From positions 75,826,001-75,890,000 of the forward strand of contig OX597818.1 in assembly GCA_951406725.2 (NCBI GenBank): a stretch of 64,000 bases of DNA. The letters are read 5' to 3'. The number at the start of each line of letters is the position of its first letter. Position 1 is the stretch's first letter. Shown piece by piece: positions 12,900 to 26,230 of the stretch. Made by a program: the position numbers and the translations under genes. The notes beneath the pieces are model-generated. The model was not told where the DNA came from and ran no database searches. It saw only the letters and a program-made list of their open reading frames with translations. Source of the DNA: Octopus vulgaris (Eukaryota).

Positions 12900-15160
12900 C
12901 TGATAACTCGTGTTCCTCAGTTCAGTTCTACTTCACAGTTGATAGATTGTTTTATAAATTTAACTTTATATATATATTCACCATTAAGAGTTTTCTCATA
13001 GTATTAGTGCATCTAGCATTTTGCTCTTTCTCAATTGCTCACACAACTCGTTGACTTTCCTACATGCATTCCTGATCATGATGACCAAACTTTCTCCCTT
13101 CTTGATCTCTTTTCAGCATCAAATCCTGATATCTGTAAGGTTTGTCATGGTTCTCCACTCGGAGGGGGGGGGGGTCTGATCATGTTGTTTCAGTTGACAT
13201 TTCACTGAATTGTTCTGCTGTCAAGGAATCCCCAATTCATCGAACTCTATTCAGCTATGATCATGGTGACTGGGACAATTTTCATGACTTTCTTTGTCAT
13301 GTTCTTTGGACCGATATTTTTGCTAAACCTGCTGAGGCCTGTGCTGGGGAAGTTACTACTTCAATTTCCACTCATACCATCTTGCAAATAGTAACTGAAA
13401 CTGCATTCCTCACCCCGGTTTTCTCCTGCTTGTACTGTTGCTATTGCCCATTGTAATCATTTTTTCCACCAGTTTCAGCGAGATAATTCTGCAGTGAATA
13501 AAAAGCTTTTCTACAATGCTTGCAATCACTGTAGGGTTGTCATTTGTGATGCTAAACCAGACTATGAGCAGTACATTCATGATCATATATCATCCCAGAA
13601 AGTAGGCTCTCGTGACTTCTGGAGAATTATTAAAAGTGTTAGAGGTAACACAAAGTCTTCTATTCCTCCTTTATTTAATGGACCTGAGGTCTTCACAACA
13701 TCTAATGATAAAGCAGAGCTCTTTGCCCAACTGTTTAGTTCTCACTCTATTCTCGATGACTCTGGTCATCCACTTCCTGGTGTTTTTCTGAAAACTGATT
13801 AACTGTTACACAGTTTCCATATTACTTCAGCTAAGGTTGCAGCCAGTGTGGCATGGTTGGATCCATGTAAAGCAACTGGACCTGATGGTATTCCAGTTAT
13901 TGTTCTTCAGAAGTGCTCCCCTGAGTTGTCTTCTGTCTTATCTAGGCTCTTCCAAAAGTGTATCTCAGAATTTTGTTTTCCTTCTTTATGGAAATTCCCA
14001 ACTGTTGTTCCTGTATTTAAGAACTGTAGTGATCTATCTAATCCTCATAATTATAGATCAATTAGTCTATTACTAATCATCAGTAAGGTGTTTGCGTCCT
14101 TGATTAATGACTCTCTTGTAAAATATCTTGACTCAAATCGTTTATTCTCCAGCTCTCAATATGATTTCTGTGCCGGACAGTCTACTGCTGATCTTCGCAC
14201 TGTTATATCCGAGCATGTTTATTGTGCCTTGAATGTATCTGGTCAAGCTAGGGCAGTTGCTCTTTATATCTCTAAGGCATTTGATAGGGTTTGGCATGCT
14301 GGACTTTTTTGGTGTGTCAGGTTTCATGCTGAACATCAGTTTTTCTTTCCTTTATGACCGTAGGATCAAGGTGGTTCTTGATGGTCAATCTTCATCTAGT
14401 TATTCTATTAATGCTGAGGTTCCTCAAGAATCTGTCCTGGGCCCAACTCTCTTTCTTCTTTTTATCAATGATCTGCCTGATCATATCATTTGTCAGCTAG
14501 TAATCTATATTGATGACTCTTTGTACACTTGTTTGGATAATCTGACGACTTGTCTGATAAGGTTGAAATTGTTGTTAACCTTGAAAATGATCTTCGATCT
14601 ATTGTTGAGTGGGGTAGGAAATGGCTTGTAACATTCAATTCATTGAAAGCTAAACTTCTTTCAATCAATTACTTGAGACATCCTTTCTTACCATCGGTTT
14701 TGATGGATGGTAATTATTTACTCGAGAGTCATTCTCATCTGCTGGGAGTGACTTTCTGTAATGTTTTTTCTTACACTGAATCTATTGCCAATTCAGCTGT
14801 AATGAAGCTAGTCTCACTCCTTCATTCGAGGAGTTATCTCACTCCTGAGACTATTCTTATAAGTCCAACCATTCAGCTCTGCACTGAGTACTGTTGTCAC
14901 ATATGGGTAGGTGCTCATGTGGATTGGTTAACTCTGTTGGGCCACATTCAGCGCTGTATTTGTAATGCTATTGGTCCTGATCTATCTTCTAAATTGGATT
15001 CAATCTCTCATCATTGTTGTGTGGCTTCCTTGTTTCTTTCCTATAAGTATTTTCATGGACATTGTTCAGCTCTCTTCTCTGGTTCCTCCTTTAAGAACTT
15101 ATCAGCAGAACTTATCTCTTTCCATTTTTTCCCTCATTCCCAAGCGTTAAAAACAGTGTA
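12900..15160 (+). mobile_element. Degenerate CR1/L2-group LINE ORF2 (endonuclease end plus RT)
   Basis: Frameshifted pieces: LLDL, SDH, KATGPDGIP, NYRSISLL, ISKAFDRVWH, VPQESVLGPTLFLLFINDL, YIDD, EYCCHIW. Confidence 0.9.
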
Positions 15161-15182
15161 GAGTTCAGTGGTCCAACATGGC

Positions 15183-15229
<47 letters not shown>

Positions 15230-15236
15230 TACATAT

Positions 15237-15485
15237 GAGAAGGATGACCACTATGTGGACAACCCTTATGCTAGAAGTAGATCCGCTATGGTCTTACCAC
15301 TAAGAAATGTTCTCAAGAAAATTTAGCAAACATCAGAACGTAAGCGAGGAAGACAAATGAAAAGTAACAAAATTATAGATTAATATGGTGTTTGCTAAAT
15401 TTTCTTGAGAACATTTCTTAGTGGTAAGACCACAGCAGATCTACCTCTAGCATAAGGGTTGTCCACACAATGGTCATCCCCCACA
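15237..15485. repeat. Foldback element with ~95 bp inverted arms
   Basis: ggatgaccact...aaatttagcaaacatca versus tggtgtttgctaaattt...tggtcatcc. Relatives at 18320-18462 and a half copy at ~41770-41870. Confidence 0.85.
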
Positions 15486-15591
15486 TATGTATGTAATACA
15501 ATTTACTGAACCTTCAGATTTTAATATGCTAAACCACTGGTTTTAAATTGATGTTAATGAAATTAATATCCAATTTTTCACCCTCATTTAA

Positions 15592-15647
<56 letters not shown>

Positions 15648-15734
15648 AAAGTTTACAAAAAAAACAAAAGACGAAAACAGGTGGTGTACAAAACAAACAG
15701 ATGTATTAGTATAACGCTCAGGAATAGAAAAAGT

Positions 15735-15770
15735 CTTTTACGTTTCGAGCCTATGCTCTTCTACGGAAAG
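15735..15770 (-). ncRNA. Hammerhead-like motif (A6U family) in a Penelope-type end fragment (15644-15835)
   Basis: Minus strand CTTT-CCGTAGA-A-GAGC(atag)GCTC-GAAA-CG-TA-AAAG: perfect stems I and II, palindromic ACGT stem III. Confidence 0.55.
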
Positions 15771-16746
15771 GTACACAGAAAAAACAAGGAGAGAAAAAAA
15801 TGTGTGTAGTGGTTAACGATCTATCATGGCGTCTGATATATATATATAAAAAAAAGAGAGAGAGAGTACATGTAGTGATGTTGGACTTATTTTGCTATAC
15901 TGAATAGCAAAATAAGTCAATCACCACACACACCTCCTTTCCCGTATAACTACCATTCCTTCCTCTCTTTTCAACACCCCCCTCCTCCCCACCAAATACA
16001 CATACCCACATAACCAACCTTCATACTGGTCAAAAGGGATAAACATCCATTAATGTTATGTTGCCTGAAGAAATGAATCCATGACGATGGATGATCTACC
16101 TGATGTTCAAGGATACTACAGACTACACTGTAATCGCCCCAAGAATAAAGATTGTGATCTTAAGAGACAAGTGATTTGTAGAAACGGGTGTAGCGGTGTG
16201 TAATGGCTTCATGCAGGAATAGCGTGGATTCGATCCTCGATAGCCAAATTTCAATTAACAGTTCAACAGCACTTTTCTCACGGTAAAACAATAGTTTTTC
16301 TGTGAGTGACAGCAGTTACATTTTCCAGGTGCCTTCGCTAAGCAGAATAATATTTTTACCACTTGACCCTTCTAACCTCTTCTAGGCCACAAAAGCTAGA
16401 ATAGAGATAACAGACCGCCAACGAAATCTTTTGTTCTCAACATTATGTCCATCTTCCTAATTAGTTTTGGATAGTTTCCCTAAATGTTTTGTTTTGTCCT
16501 TGTGCTGTCGAAATTAGTGAACGGACAACTAGAGTCATAGTCACAAGCAGGCAGACGCTAAAGACAAACGGCCAGAGGGAGAAAGGTTACAACCAGCCAA
16601 CTATGAGACAACTTTCACTAAACTCACTTTCTTTTCTCTGTAACATTACCATCTCTCTCTATATATACTATGAGATCGTGTACACACCCCGGCCGAAATT
16701 AACTCTTTTTACCACGCATGCTTTTCCATTTACTAATTTTACATAC

Positions 16747-16870
16747 CAACCCGTCGTGGTTTTGGATATATACAAAGTAACGGTAAATAAAAATCTCTTT
16801 ACAACTTCAATCACTGTTCTTTCATCTTCCACATCTTACAACATGCCGTTGCAATAAATCTTAACCGTTA
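16747..16870 (-). other. Candidate untranslated exon of a minus-strand gene
   Basis: Donor GTTG|GTATGT at 16747/16746 in non-repetitive, CpG-retaining sequence. DNA to the left looks CpG-depleted. The left boundary is the donor; the right boundary is a guess. Confidence 0.3.
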
Positions 16871-17385
16871 CAGGTGCATTAATATAGTTATAAATTTCAA
16901 CCAAGGATTATTTTTATTATTACTATATTTATCCTACACTATATTGGTACCGCCTGATGCAACCCCCAAAACTGGTTCACCAGTTGGCATCATTAGATCG
17001 TGGCTAGCATAATGGAATAGGAGCTTTATCAAGAATATTCAAATGGTTTCCCATAAGCAAATTTAAATTAAAGATTATGTGTGTGTGTGTATGTAAATAA
17101 CTATTTATAAATAATTTTAAAAAAGTTTTTTTTTCTTTATTTCCTTTTTCTTCAGATTGAACGAAAACATTTCAACTGTGCTTAAATAATGGTAAACGTC
17201 ACTCCAAGAGAATTAGGGGAAGCCAAAGATAGAATATAACGGTGAGGTTTTACTCCATTAGTAAAATGAATAATAAAAAAAAAAGAAAGAAAAGACCCAG
17301 AAATAGGTCATTAGTCGCCCAAAATAAACACACGAAATGCGCGCGCGCATGTATATATATATACACACACATATATATGCATGTG

Positions 17386-18089
17386 CCCCCGCTAGTTTGT
17401 TGCATCGTAACTCCCAGAATAATGGAAATTTTTGAATGAAATTATCTACAAAACACGCTTCAGATGGTGAAGATTATTATTATATCGGAATATGTACAGG
17501 AAAAAATTTCCCGAGGGTGGGGCGAGAAGTTTCGGAAAATTCACATGAGACGCCTTCCTTACCCATTTCAGAAAAATAAGTAATTTTTTTACGAGATTTT
17601 CTATAAATACATTTCAGAGTGAGTAGAATGCGATTATATCGGAATATGATATGAAAAAATAAATTTGTTGGGCTCGTACACACATACATACTGACACACG
17701 TCACATATATCTACAAAATGAAACTTGAAATTTCGAAAAAAAAAAGTGATCTGTGTGTGTGTACATTGGGATTTAAAAATGTGATCTGTGTCAGTATATT
17801 TGCGCACGTGCTCGCTATTTTTCATTTTACATTAAGTTTCGATATAATCGTAATTTACATACGCTGAAAAGTATTTGTAGAAAATTTCATAAAAAAACAA
17901 ATTCTGAAAGTTATCAAGAAACAAAGACTCGTGTGAATTTTCTTAAACTCTTCTTTCCTACTCACAAAAGAACTCTTTCACAACAAATTGCCATAGAATC
18001 AGAATGTACACATTCTGAGGCCTATTTGTAGAAAATTTCATTAAAAAACCCCATTTTTCTGGAAGTTATGAGGAAACAAAATAGAGGGG
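17386..18089. mobile_element. Non-autonomous DNA element with long imperfect inverted termini and internal repeats
   Basis: ccccgctagtttgttgcatcgtaactcccagaataatgg...gaaattatctacaa versus ttgtagaaaatttcat...ttctggaagttatgaggaaacaaaatagagggg. Internal ttatatcggaatatg is repeated. Confidence 0.6.
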
Positions 18090-18258
18090 AAGTTACATAT
18101 GTAAGTATGCCCCACCTCTCTCTCTCTACATATATATATATATATATATATATAAATTTAAATAAGGGTGAAAAATTGAATATTAATTTGATTAATATCA
18201 ATTTAAAACCAGTGGCCTAGCATACTGAAAAAATCTGAAGATTCAGGAAAATTATATT

Positions 18259-18319
<61 letters not shown>

Positions 18320-18322
<3 letters not shown>

Positions 18323-18462
18323 ATATGACCACTAAGTGGAGATCCATTATGCTAGATGTAGACCCCATATGGTCTGACGACTATTGAGAACAATCTTTTC
18401 TTAGTGGTCAGACCATATGGGGTCTACATCTAGCATAATGGATGTCTACCTAGTGGTCATCT
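18320..18462. repeat. Foldback element, same family as 15237-15485
   Basis: atgaccacta...tgctagatgtagaccccatatggtctgac versus gtcagaccatatggggtctacatctagca...tagtggtcat. Confidence 0.85.
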
Positions 18463-19138
18463 CATTTATTTATTTATCTATATCTACTTATATATAAATG
18501 ATTTGTTTAGTATAAGGGCAAAAATATGGACAAATAAATAGATAAATAAACTGATTGAGAAATATAATCAAGAAAATAACTCTCATGAATTCCGTCCCTC
18601 GAGATGAAGCACCAAATATGATTGTTACAGACGAGATATAGCTGATGATTGTTGTACTATAGCAGTTCCTTCAACAGTGACAAGTTGATAAAAATAATCG
18701 CTACATAAACAACAAATTCAAGGATTCCATTTTTTTGTTGTATTTTCGTTACGTAGGCAGCCGAACCTGGCCTAAATTAAATCTGGGAAAAAGGTGAAAC
18801 AGCGCGACGGAATTCGTCATAAATTGCAATGGAGCGACAAAGCCAATATCACATTTTAAAATAATTTCTTTGTAACTAAACACTTTTAAACTTTGTATAC
18901 TGGTAGTGTGTTACATAAAACATATTTTTCTCTTGGCTTTCTTGAGAAAATTCTGTAGTTTGTAAGCTATTTGTTGTTTAATTTCTTGCATTTCGGCAAT
19001 TTCAACCAATCAATTGAGGTGAATACAATTTCTGCCGTAGTTTGTCAAATGAGCCCTATAGTCTGCTTATAAAGTATTTGCCTGGATTATAATAAATTTT
19101 CCATTTGTAAGTGTGTATGTGTGTGTGTGTGTGGGGGG

Positions 19139-19401
19139 TTAAAATAACAAAGGAATAAGAAATTGTCATGAACTTCATAAGGTTACAGTTGTTTCTGCAA
19201 TAGATTGTAATGCACTCATAGTTGAATGTCTGTGTTTATAAATGTAAATGCTTTCCCATATAAAATTGCACTTCATGTTTGAACCTCCATTGAAACTTTA
19301 GGACACAAGCATTCAACTATGAATGCATCTCATCTTAGAGCAGAAACAGAGGTAAGCTAAGTAAGTTCATGATATCATTTCTTATTCCTTTGTCATTTTA
19401 A
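19139..19401. repeat. Degenerate inverted repeat with ~100 bp arms
   Basis: ttaaaataacaaaggaataagaaat...catagttgaatg versus cattcaactatg...atttcttattcctttgtcattttaa. Confidence 0.75.
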
Positions 19402-19744
19402 TTTCTTATTACTTCTCTGTACTCGACAGACTTTGTTGTGAAGCAAAATGTATACTGAGTTTTAACACCAGTTTAATAGTATCGCTATGCTTACGTGAGA
19501 ATGTATATATCTACTATGTAAATGAAAGTCTATGTGTGTGTGTTTGTAAATATGTCTGCATTTCAACAGGTATTCAATTATAATTATTCAAAAGAAAACA
19601 TACGTTGAGCCACTCTTAATTTAATTTTATTCGAAGTCGACCCTATATAAATAGCGTTTAGTAATACGAGTCATAAAGGTCATTATTATGAGATGATTAT
19701 AAGATGATAATAATAATAAAGTAAGAGAACAAAACGAACCAATT

Positions 19745-19745
19745 G

Positions 19746-19813
<68 letters not shown>

Positions 19814-20034
19814 TACATACATATATATATATTCACATATACATATATATACATACATATATATATATTCACATATACATATATATTCACATATACATAT
19901 ATATACATACATATATATATATACATATATACATACATACATATATATATACATACATACATATACATACATATATATATATATACATACATATATATAT
20001 ACATACATATATATATATACATACATACATATAC

Positions 20035-20116
<82 letters not shown>

Positions 20117-20395
20117 ACATACATACATATATATATATATATACATATATATACATACATACATATATATATATATATACATATATATACATACATACAT
20201 ATATATATATATACATATATATATATACATACATATATATATATATATATATACACATACATATATATATACATATACATACATGTATATATATACATAC
20301 ATATATATATACATATACATACATATATATATACATACATATATATATACATACATATATATATACATATATATATACATACATATATATATACA
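19745..20395. repeat. (TA)n/(TACA)n microsatellite array
   Basis: Direct reading. Confidence 0.97.
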
Positions 20396-20790
20396 CTAGC
20401 AGTATCGCCCGGCGTTGCTCGGGTTTGTAAGGGAAATAATTATATAAGCATTTTTAGAGATGTAAAGTATAATAGCCATCTCAATATGGCTAACCACAAA
20501 GGGGGAGGGGTGTTACTGTAGCTTATTACGTTCTGAGATTTAATAATAAATTTTAGAGAGTTACTTCCCTTATATATGTCAAAAATGGATTAAAAATGGG
20601 AAAAATTGATGGTAAATTTTTTTTTAAATCGTAGACTCATCGTAGACGCGCGCTAATACCCAGACGGTCTCGATATGAATCACGACTATAAGATACCCGG
20701 TTTTGGTTAAACTGCACCGCAAAATGTGGGAGTAGTTAGGAATCTAAATCGTAGGAGACAGACACACAACCTCACTTTTATATATAAAGA
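20396..20790 (-). mobile_element. Non-autonomous Helitron
   Basis: Minus strand A|TCTTTATATATAAAAGTGAGG ... CCCGAGCAACGCCGGGCGATACTGCTAG|T. Confidence 0.9.
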
Positions 20791-20953
20791 TTTCCTCTAT
20801 TTACATAATATTGAGGTCTCTTTCTTTCTTTTGTTATCTTACTGTTTTTACCAATATACATATATATATATATATATAATATATATATAGTTACAGAGAT
20901 GTACTTGCATAGCAAGTGACTTGATATGAGATCGTGTGCTGGAACGAAAACAG

Positions 20954-21212
20954 TTGCAGCGTTGAAGGTGTTTATAAGCCATTTAAGAAACACACAAAAA
21001 CCGTTAGATTCACTTCAACATTTAAATTTAATTTGTCAAAATATTTTCGTCGCTTTGAGACTGTGACCTGTTAGCACGATATTTTTGTCAGTGAACAGGT
21101 CGCGGTGTGAAAGCGACGAAAATATTTTGGCAAATTAAATTTAAATGTTGAAGTGAATGTAACGGTTTTTGTGTGTTTCTTAAATGGCTTACAAACACCT
21201 TCCACGCTGCAA
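20954..21212. repeat. Inverted repeat with ~118 bp arms, probably a Penelope-like terminal pair
   Basis: ttgcagcg...cgtcgcttt...gacctgtt versus aacaggtc...aaagcgacg...cgctgcaa. Confidence 0.88.
21084..21134 (+). ncRNA. Minimal type I hammerhead ribozyme motif with G3:C8 core
   Basis: TTTGTCA-GTGAACA-G-GTCGC(ggtgtgaaa)GCGAC-GAAA-ATAT-TT-TGGCAAA: 7 bp stem I, 5 bp stem II, palindromic AATATT stem III. Predicted cut after 21127. Confidence 0.7.
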
Positions 21213-21580
21213 TATATATATACACACATATATATATATATGTATGTATGTATGTATGTGTGTATATGTGTATGCATGTATGTGTGTGTGTGTGCGTGTC
21301 TGTGCTTGTGATTGTCCTCCACCACTGCTTGACAACGAATGTTGGTTTGTTTACATCCCTGTCACCTAGTGGTTTGACAAAGGAAACACATAGAATAAGT
21401 ACAATGCTTACAAAAATAAAACTGGAGTTGATTCATTAAACTACAATTCTTCAAGGCATTGCCCCAGCATGGCCACAGACCAATGGCTGGAAAAAGCAGA
21501 AGAATAAAAGAATACATTCTCTGCTTTGGTCTTATGTTCAAGGCATGAGAAAGCTTGAGTTTACATGAGAAGGCCTAACA

Positions 21581-21951
21581 GACCTGGTAGAAACAGCAGC
21601 CAAATCTCCCTCAAATCACACCTTACTGTCTTATGTATGTATATATATATGAGCCAATGAGGGGGACCTCTACATGGTAGCTAGACCTGGTAGAAATAGC
21701 AGCCAAATTTCCCCCAAATCACACCTTACTGTCTTATCTATGTATATATGTATGTATGAGCCTATGAGGGAGACCCCTACATGGCAGCTAGACCTGGTAG
21801 AAATAGCAGCCAAATTTCCCCCAAATCACACCTTACTGTCTTATCTATGTATATATGTATGTATGAGCCTATGAGGGAGACCCCTACATGGCAGCTAGAC
21901 ATGGTAGAAATAGCAGCCAAATCTCCCTCAAATCACACCTTACTGTCTTAT
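21581..21951. repeat. Tandem repeat, ~107 bp unit, ~3.5 copies
   Basis: Units starting gacctggtagaaatagcagccaaat (minor variants) at 21581, 21684, 21791 and 21898. Confidence 0.92.
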
Positions 21952-22179
21952 CTTTCTGCTACTTGGATATAGGTGTTATATTCGTCGTAAAAAAAACTTT
22001 CCTGTCACACACTCACGCACACGCACACACACACACACACGCACCCTCACACACACACACACACGTGCACACCCACACACACCCACTCACACACACGCAC
22101 GTTAGCTTACAATTTTATTTATATATTTGCTTGTCTGTGTGGAAAGAGGAAGTGGGAGGCAGAGTGAAAGAATCACTCA

Positions 22180-22464
22180 CTACAGTAAGTCAATTACTTT
22201 CATTTTATTCGTTGCCCACTGTGTGTGTGCGTTTGCGTATGGTGTAAACCAGACTAAGAAAAGCATTTGACACACACACCAGAATGTGAGTTTTCTGTAA
22301 ATTTTGCTTAACTGGAGTTTAAATTTTAAAAACTGGACCTGGCATGACGCGATGCATTGTACTCTTAAAAATGCAAGGTAAATTGTAATTGAAGAAATCC
22401 TATATTGTAGATTTGTATAACTCCCAAAGGGAGGCAGATAAAATCTGCCTTTTATAATAAGAGA
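22180..22464 (-). mobile_element. Helitron-like 5' fragment (TCTCTTATTATAAAAGGCAG family)
   Basis: Same terminus as 24920 (-) and 27632 (+). Begins A|TC and has a subterminal palindrome ggcagattttatctgcc. No 3' CTAG end seen. Confidence 0.55.
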
Positions 22465-22733
22465 TACATATATATATATATATATACATATATTCACATA
22501 TATATATACATATATTCACATATATACATATCCTTAAAAATGTTTTAGCCCGAAGGCCGCGGCCATGCTGGGGCACCACCGCTGAATGAGCTACACTAGT
22601 TTGTGAATCCACCTCTGATACGTAGCACTTGATCAACAAGGGAGTTCGATGCTGCTGCCCGCATCCGCGTCTCCTGTCGTGAGGTAGGTTCATCTGGGAC
22701 TCCCAACAGGAAGAGATCCAGTTTAGTTTTATT

Positions 22734-22775
<42 letters not shown>

Positions 22776-22831
22776 TTCACATATATATACATATATATAT
22801 ATATACATATATTCACATATATATATATACA

Positions 22832-23468
22832 CTAGCAGTATCGCCCGGCATTGCTCGGGTTTGTAAGGGAAATAACTATATAAGCATTTTTAGAGAGTTA
22901 TAGCCAAGAAATAGCAAAAATGCATTAAAAATGGAAAAAATATGATGGTAAATTTTTTTAAAAATCGTTGACTCATCGTAGACATTTTTAGAGAGTTACT
23001 TCCCTTATATAATAGCGAAAAAATGCATTAAAATGGAAAAAAAAACGATGGTAAATTTTTTTTTAAATCGTAGACTCATGTAGACGCTTTCTTAGCCATT
23101 TCTGTTTTGGTGTCTTCAAGCCATGAAGTCGTTGTTCTAAAAGAACGCTGGTCTCCTTGACAACGCATTACGACGTTGATTTCCTTACACTCCCTTCCCC
23201 ACAGGTGCAGGTGTGAGCGTGGACGCCAACTCCGCCGCCATCGACACACGAAAAATTATGCATTAAAATGGAATAAAAAATGATGTTAAATTATTTTTAA
23301 AATCGTAGACTCATCGTAGACGCGCGCTAATACTCAGACGGGCTCGATATGAATCACGACTATAAGCTACCCGAATTTGGTTAAACTGCACCGCAAAATG
23401 TTGGAGTAGTTAGGAATCTAAATCGAAGGGGACAGACACTCACACAACTACAGTTTTATATATATAGA
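22832..23468 (-). mobile_element. Non-autonomous Helitron (same 3' end family as 20396-20790)
   Basis: Minus strand A|TCTATATATATAAAACTG ... CCCGAGCAATGCCGGGCGATACTGCTAG|T. Confidence 0.9.
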
Positions 23469-23477
23469 TATACATAG

Positions 23478-24075
23478 CGCAGTAGTGGTGAGATGTGACA
23501 GCAAAGAAAAGCATACATTCACTCTCTGCATGCAATTAGACTCGGAAAGTTCGTGAGGAACCCATTGACCCAATTTGCTGACTTTTCCGATAGCACACAG
23601 GTCTCAATGAATGGTTGAATGACCAAATCCAAGCTTCTCTGCTAGTTCCTCAACAGTTACGATGAGATTTTGTTCCACCAGGGTTTTCAGGATATCCTTG
23701 TCGAGTTCTACAGATCTTTCAGGATGAGGCTCGTCTTCTAGGCTGTAGTTTATGGCTCGGAATTTCTGGAACCATCATTGACACTGCCTTACGCTTATTG
23801 TCCAATCCCCATATACTGCATTAATATTTCTTGTACTTTCCGTTGCGTTGTTGTCTTTATTGAACTCATAAAGCAAAATATGCCAAATATGCTCCTTTGT
23901 TACTTCCAACATAGCTTTGAAAAAAATAGCTGTTAAAATCGAAATGCACTCTTCAAAACTTGCACTATGAATAAGGACAAGATAAAATTACTACCTGCTT
24001 TTATAGCAAGTTAATATAAGTAGTTTATCCCATTCCCCTCTGACTTTTAGTTCAAGTTGTTGAAAAAACCGCATT
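23478..24075 (-). mobile_element. 5' part of a second mariner element (HTH region to WVPHEL)
   Basis: Minus strand EVTKEHIWHILLYEFNKDNNATESTRNINAVYG...WFQKFRA...WVPHELSE. Confidence 0.88.
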
Positions 24076-24928
24076 ATTATATATATATACATACATACAT
24101 ACATATACACACACACTCTCTCTCTCACACACATGCACACATATATATTCTGTTATTCTTTTATATGTTTCAGCCTTGAGGTTGTGGCCATGCTGGATCA
24201 TTGTGTGTGTGTGTGTGTGTGTGTGTCTATCTGTCTGTCTGTCTGTATGTATATATGTATATGTATGAACAATAATATTTTCAACAGATGTGTTGCAAAT
24301 GTATCTGATTGTTCTCAAGCTTCAATACTGTGTGTGTGTGTATGTGTGTGTGTGTATGTATGTATGTATATGTATGTATATGTATGTATGTGTGTATGTA
24401 TGTATGTGTGTGTGTATGTATGTATGAGTGTATGTTTACTTTATTACTAACACAAGCCACTACGGTTATTTAATGTAAAGTCTTCCTCAAATCACTCTCT
24501 CTCGCTATTTACTCTCTTCCAAGAACATTTTCACTCACTCTTATCTGTTAGCTTCCCATACATTTTACTCATGTATCTATCAGCGTCATAGACAGAAACA
24601 AATATTACATCGCCATCGTCATCGCATTCTATTGTCTACCTGTCAACACACTGAATTACTGTCACTTTATTCGTAGCACACTGTGTGTGTGCGTGTGCTG
24701 TAAGCCAGACTAAGAAAAGCATTTGACATACACACCAGAATGTGAGTTTTCTGTAAATTTTGCTTAATTGGAGTTTAAATTTTAAAAACTGGACCTGGCA
24801 TGACCTGATGCATTCTACTCTTAAAAATGCTAGGTAAATTGTAATTGAAGAAATCCTATATTGTAGATTTCTATAAGATACAAAGGGAGGCAGATAAAAT
24901 CTGCCTTTTATAATAAGAGATATATCTC

Positions 24929-25643
24929 TTGCAATCCCAGAGGCACAATCAGTGCGAGATCTGGGTATTTACATGAGTGATGATGCAACCTTTCATGTGC
25001 ATGTTGCTAAATTGGCAATGAAATATAGGCGGCTGACCGGATGGATTCTTAGAACCTTTTAGAACAAGAGACCAGGAAACCATGATGGTCCTCTGGAGGA
25101 CACTTGTCCTAAGCCACTTTGACTATTGCTCTCAGCTATGGTTACCATCCAGTGTCAAGTTAATCACAGAACTTGAGGCGATCCAACGAAGTTACACGAA
25201 GAAGATAGCCTCTGTGCAGCATATAAGCTACTGGGAAAGACTCAAGAGATTAAGACTCTATTCCTTAGAGTGTAGGCGAGAAAGATATGCCATAATATAC
25301 ATCTCGAAGATCCGAGAAGGACTTGTCCCAAACTTTGGCATCAAGAGTTACACAAATACTAGAACTGGGCGCCACTTCATAGTATCAAGGACTCCAATTT
25401 TGTGATCAAGATGTAGGACAAGATACTGTGATAGCCTGGGCTTCAGAGGCCCACAGCTCTTCAATATCCTCTCGAAGAACCTGAGAGACCTGCATGGGGT
25501 GGATGCAGATGACGGCAGCTGCATCGAACTCTCTCATGCACCAAATGGCAATTGCTAAAAATTGCTAATTTGTGGAGTAAAATCATGTAGCAACACCAAA
25601 TGGCGGTGCCCCAGCATGGCCACAGCTCTTGAGCTGAAACTAG
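24929..25643 (+). mobile_element. 3' fragment of the CR1/L2-group LINE seen at 32844-34578
   Basis: Highly similar to 33779-34560, with an internal deletion between two CAGATG copies at ~25511. Confidence 0.92.
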
Positions 25644-25667
25644 ATATGTATGTATATATATATATAA

Positions 25668-26164
25668 TATCACAAGTTCTGTGATTAACTTGACACTGGA
25701 TGGTGACCTTAGCTGAGAGCAATAGTCAAAGTGGCTTAGGACAAGTGTCCTCCATAGGATCATCATGGTTTCCTGGTTTCTTGTTCTAAAGGTTCTAAGA
25801 TTCCATCCGGTCAGCTGCCTACATTTCATTGCCAATTTAGCAAAATGTACATGATAGGTTGCATCATCACTCATGTAAATACCCAGGTCTCGCACTGATT
25901 GTGCCTCTGGGATTGCAATCCCTCCAGGTCCAGTGTATTTATTGGGTATTGCATTTACTTTTGCATGCTGATAGCATAAAGCTTGAAACTTTTCAGCATT
26001 GAACTGCATGCTATTCTTTTCAGCTCACATACATATATATATATATGTATATATATATATACACATATATATATGTATATATATATACACACATATATAT
26101 ATGTATATATATATACACACATATATATATGTATATATATATACACACATATATATATACACAC

Positions 26165-26230
<66 letters not shown>

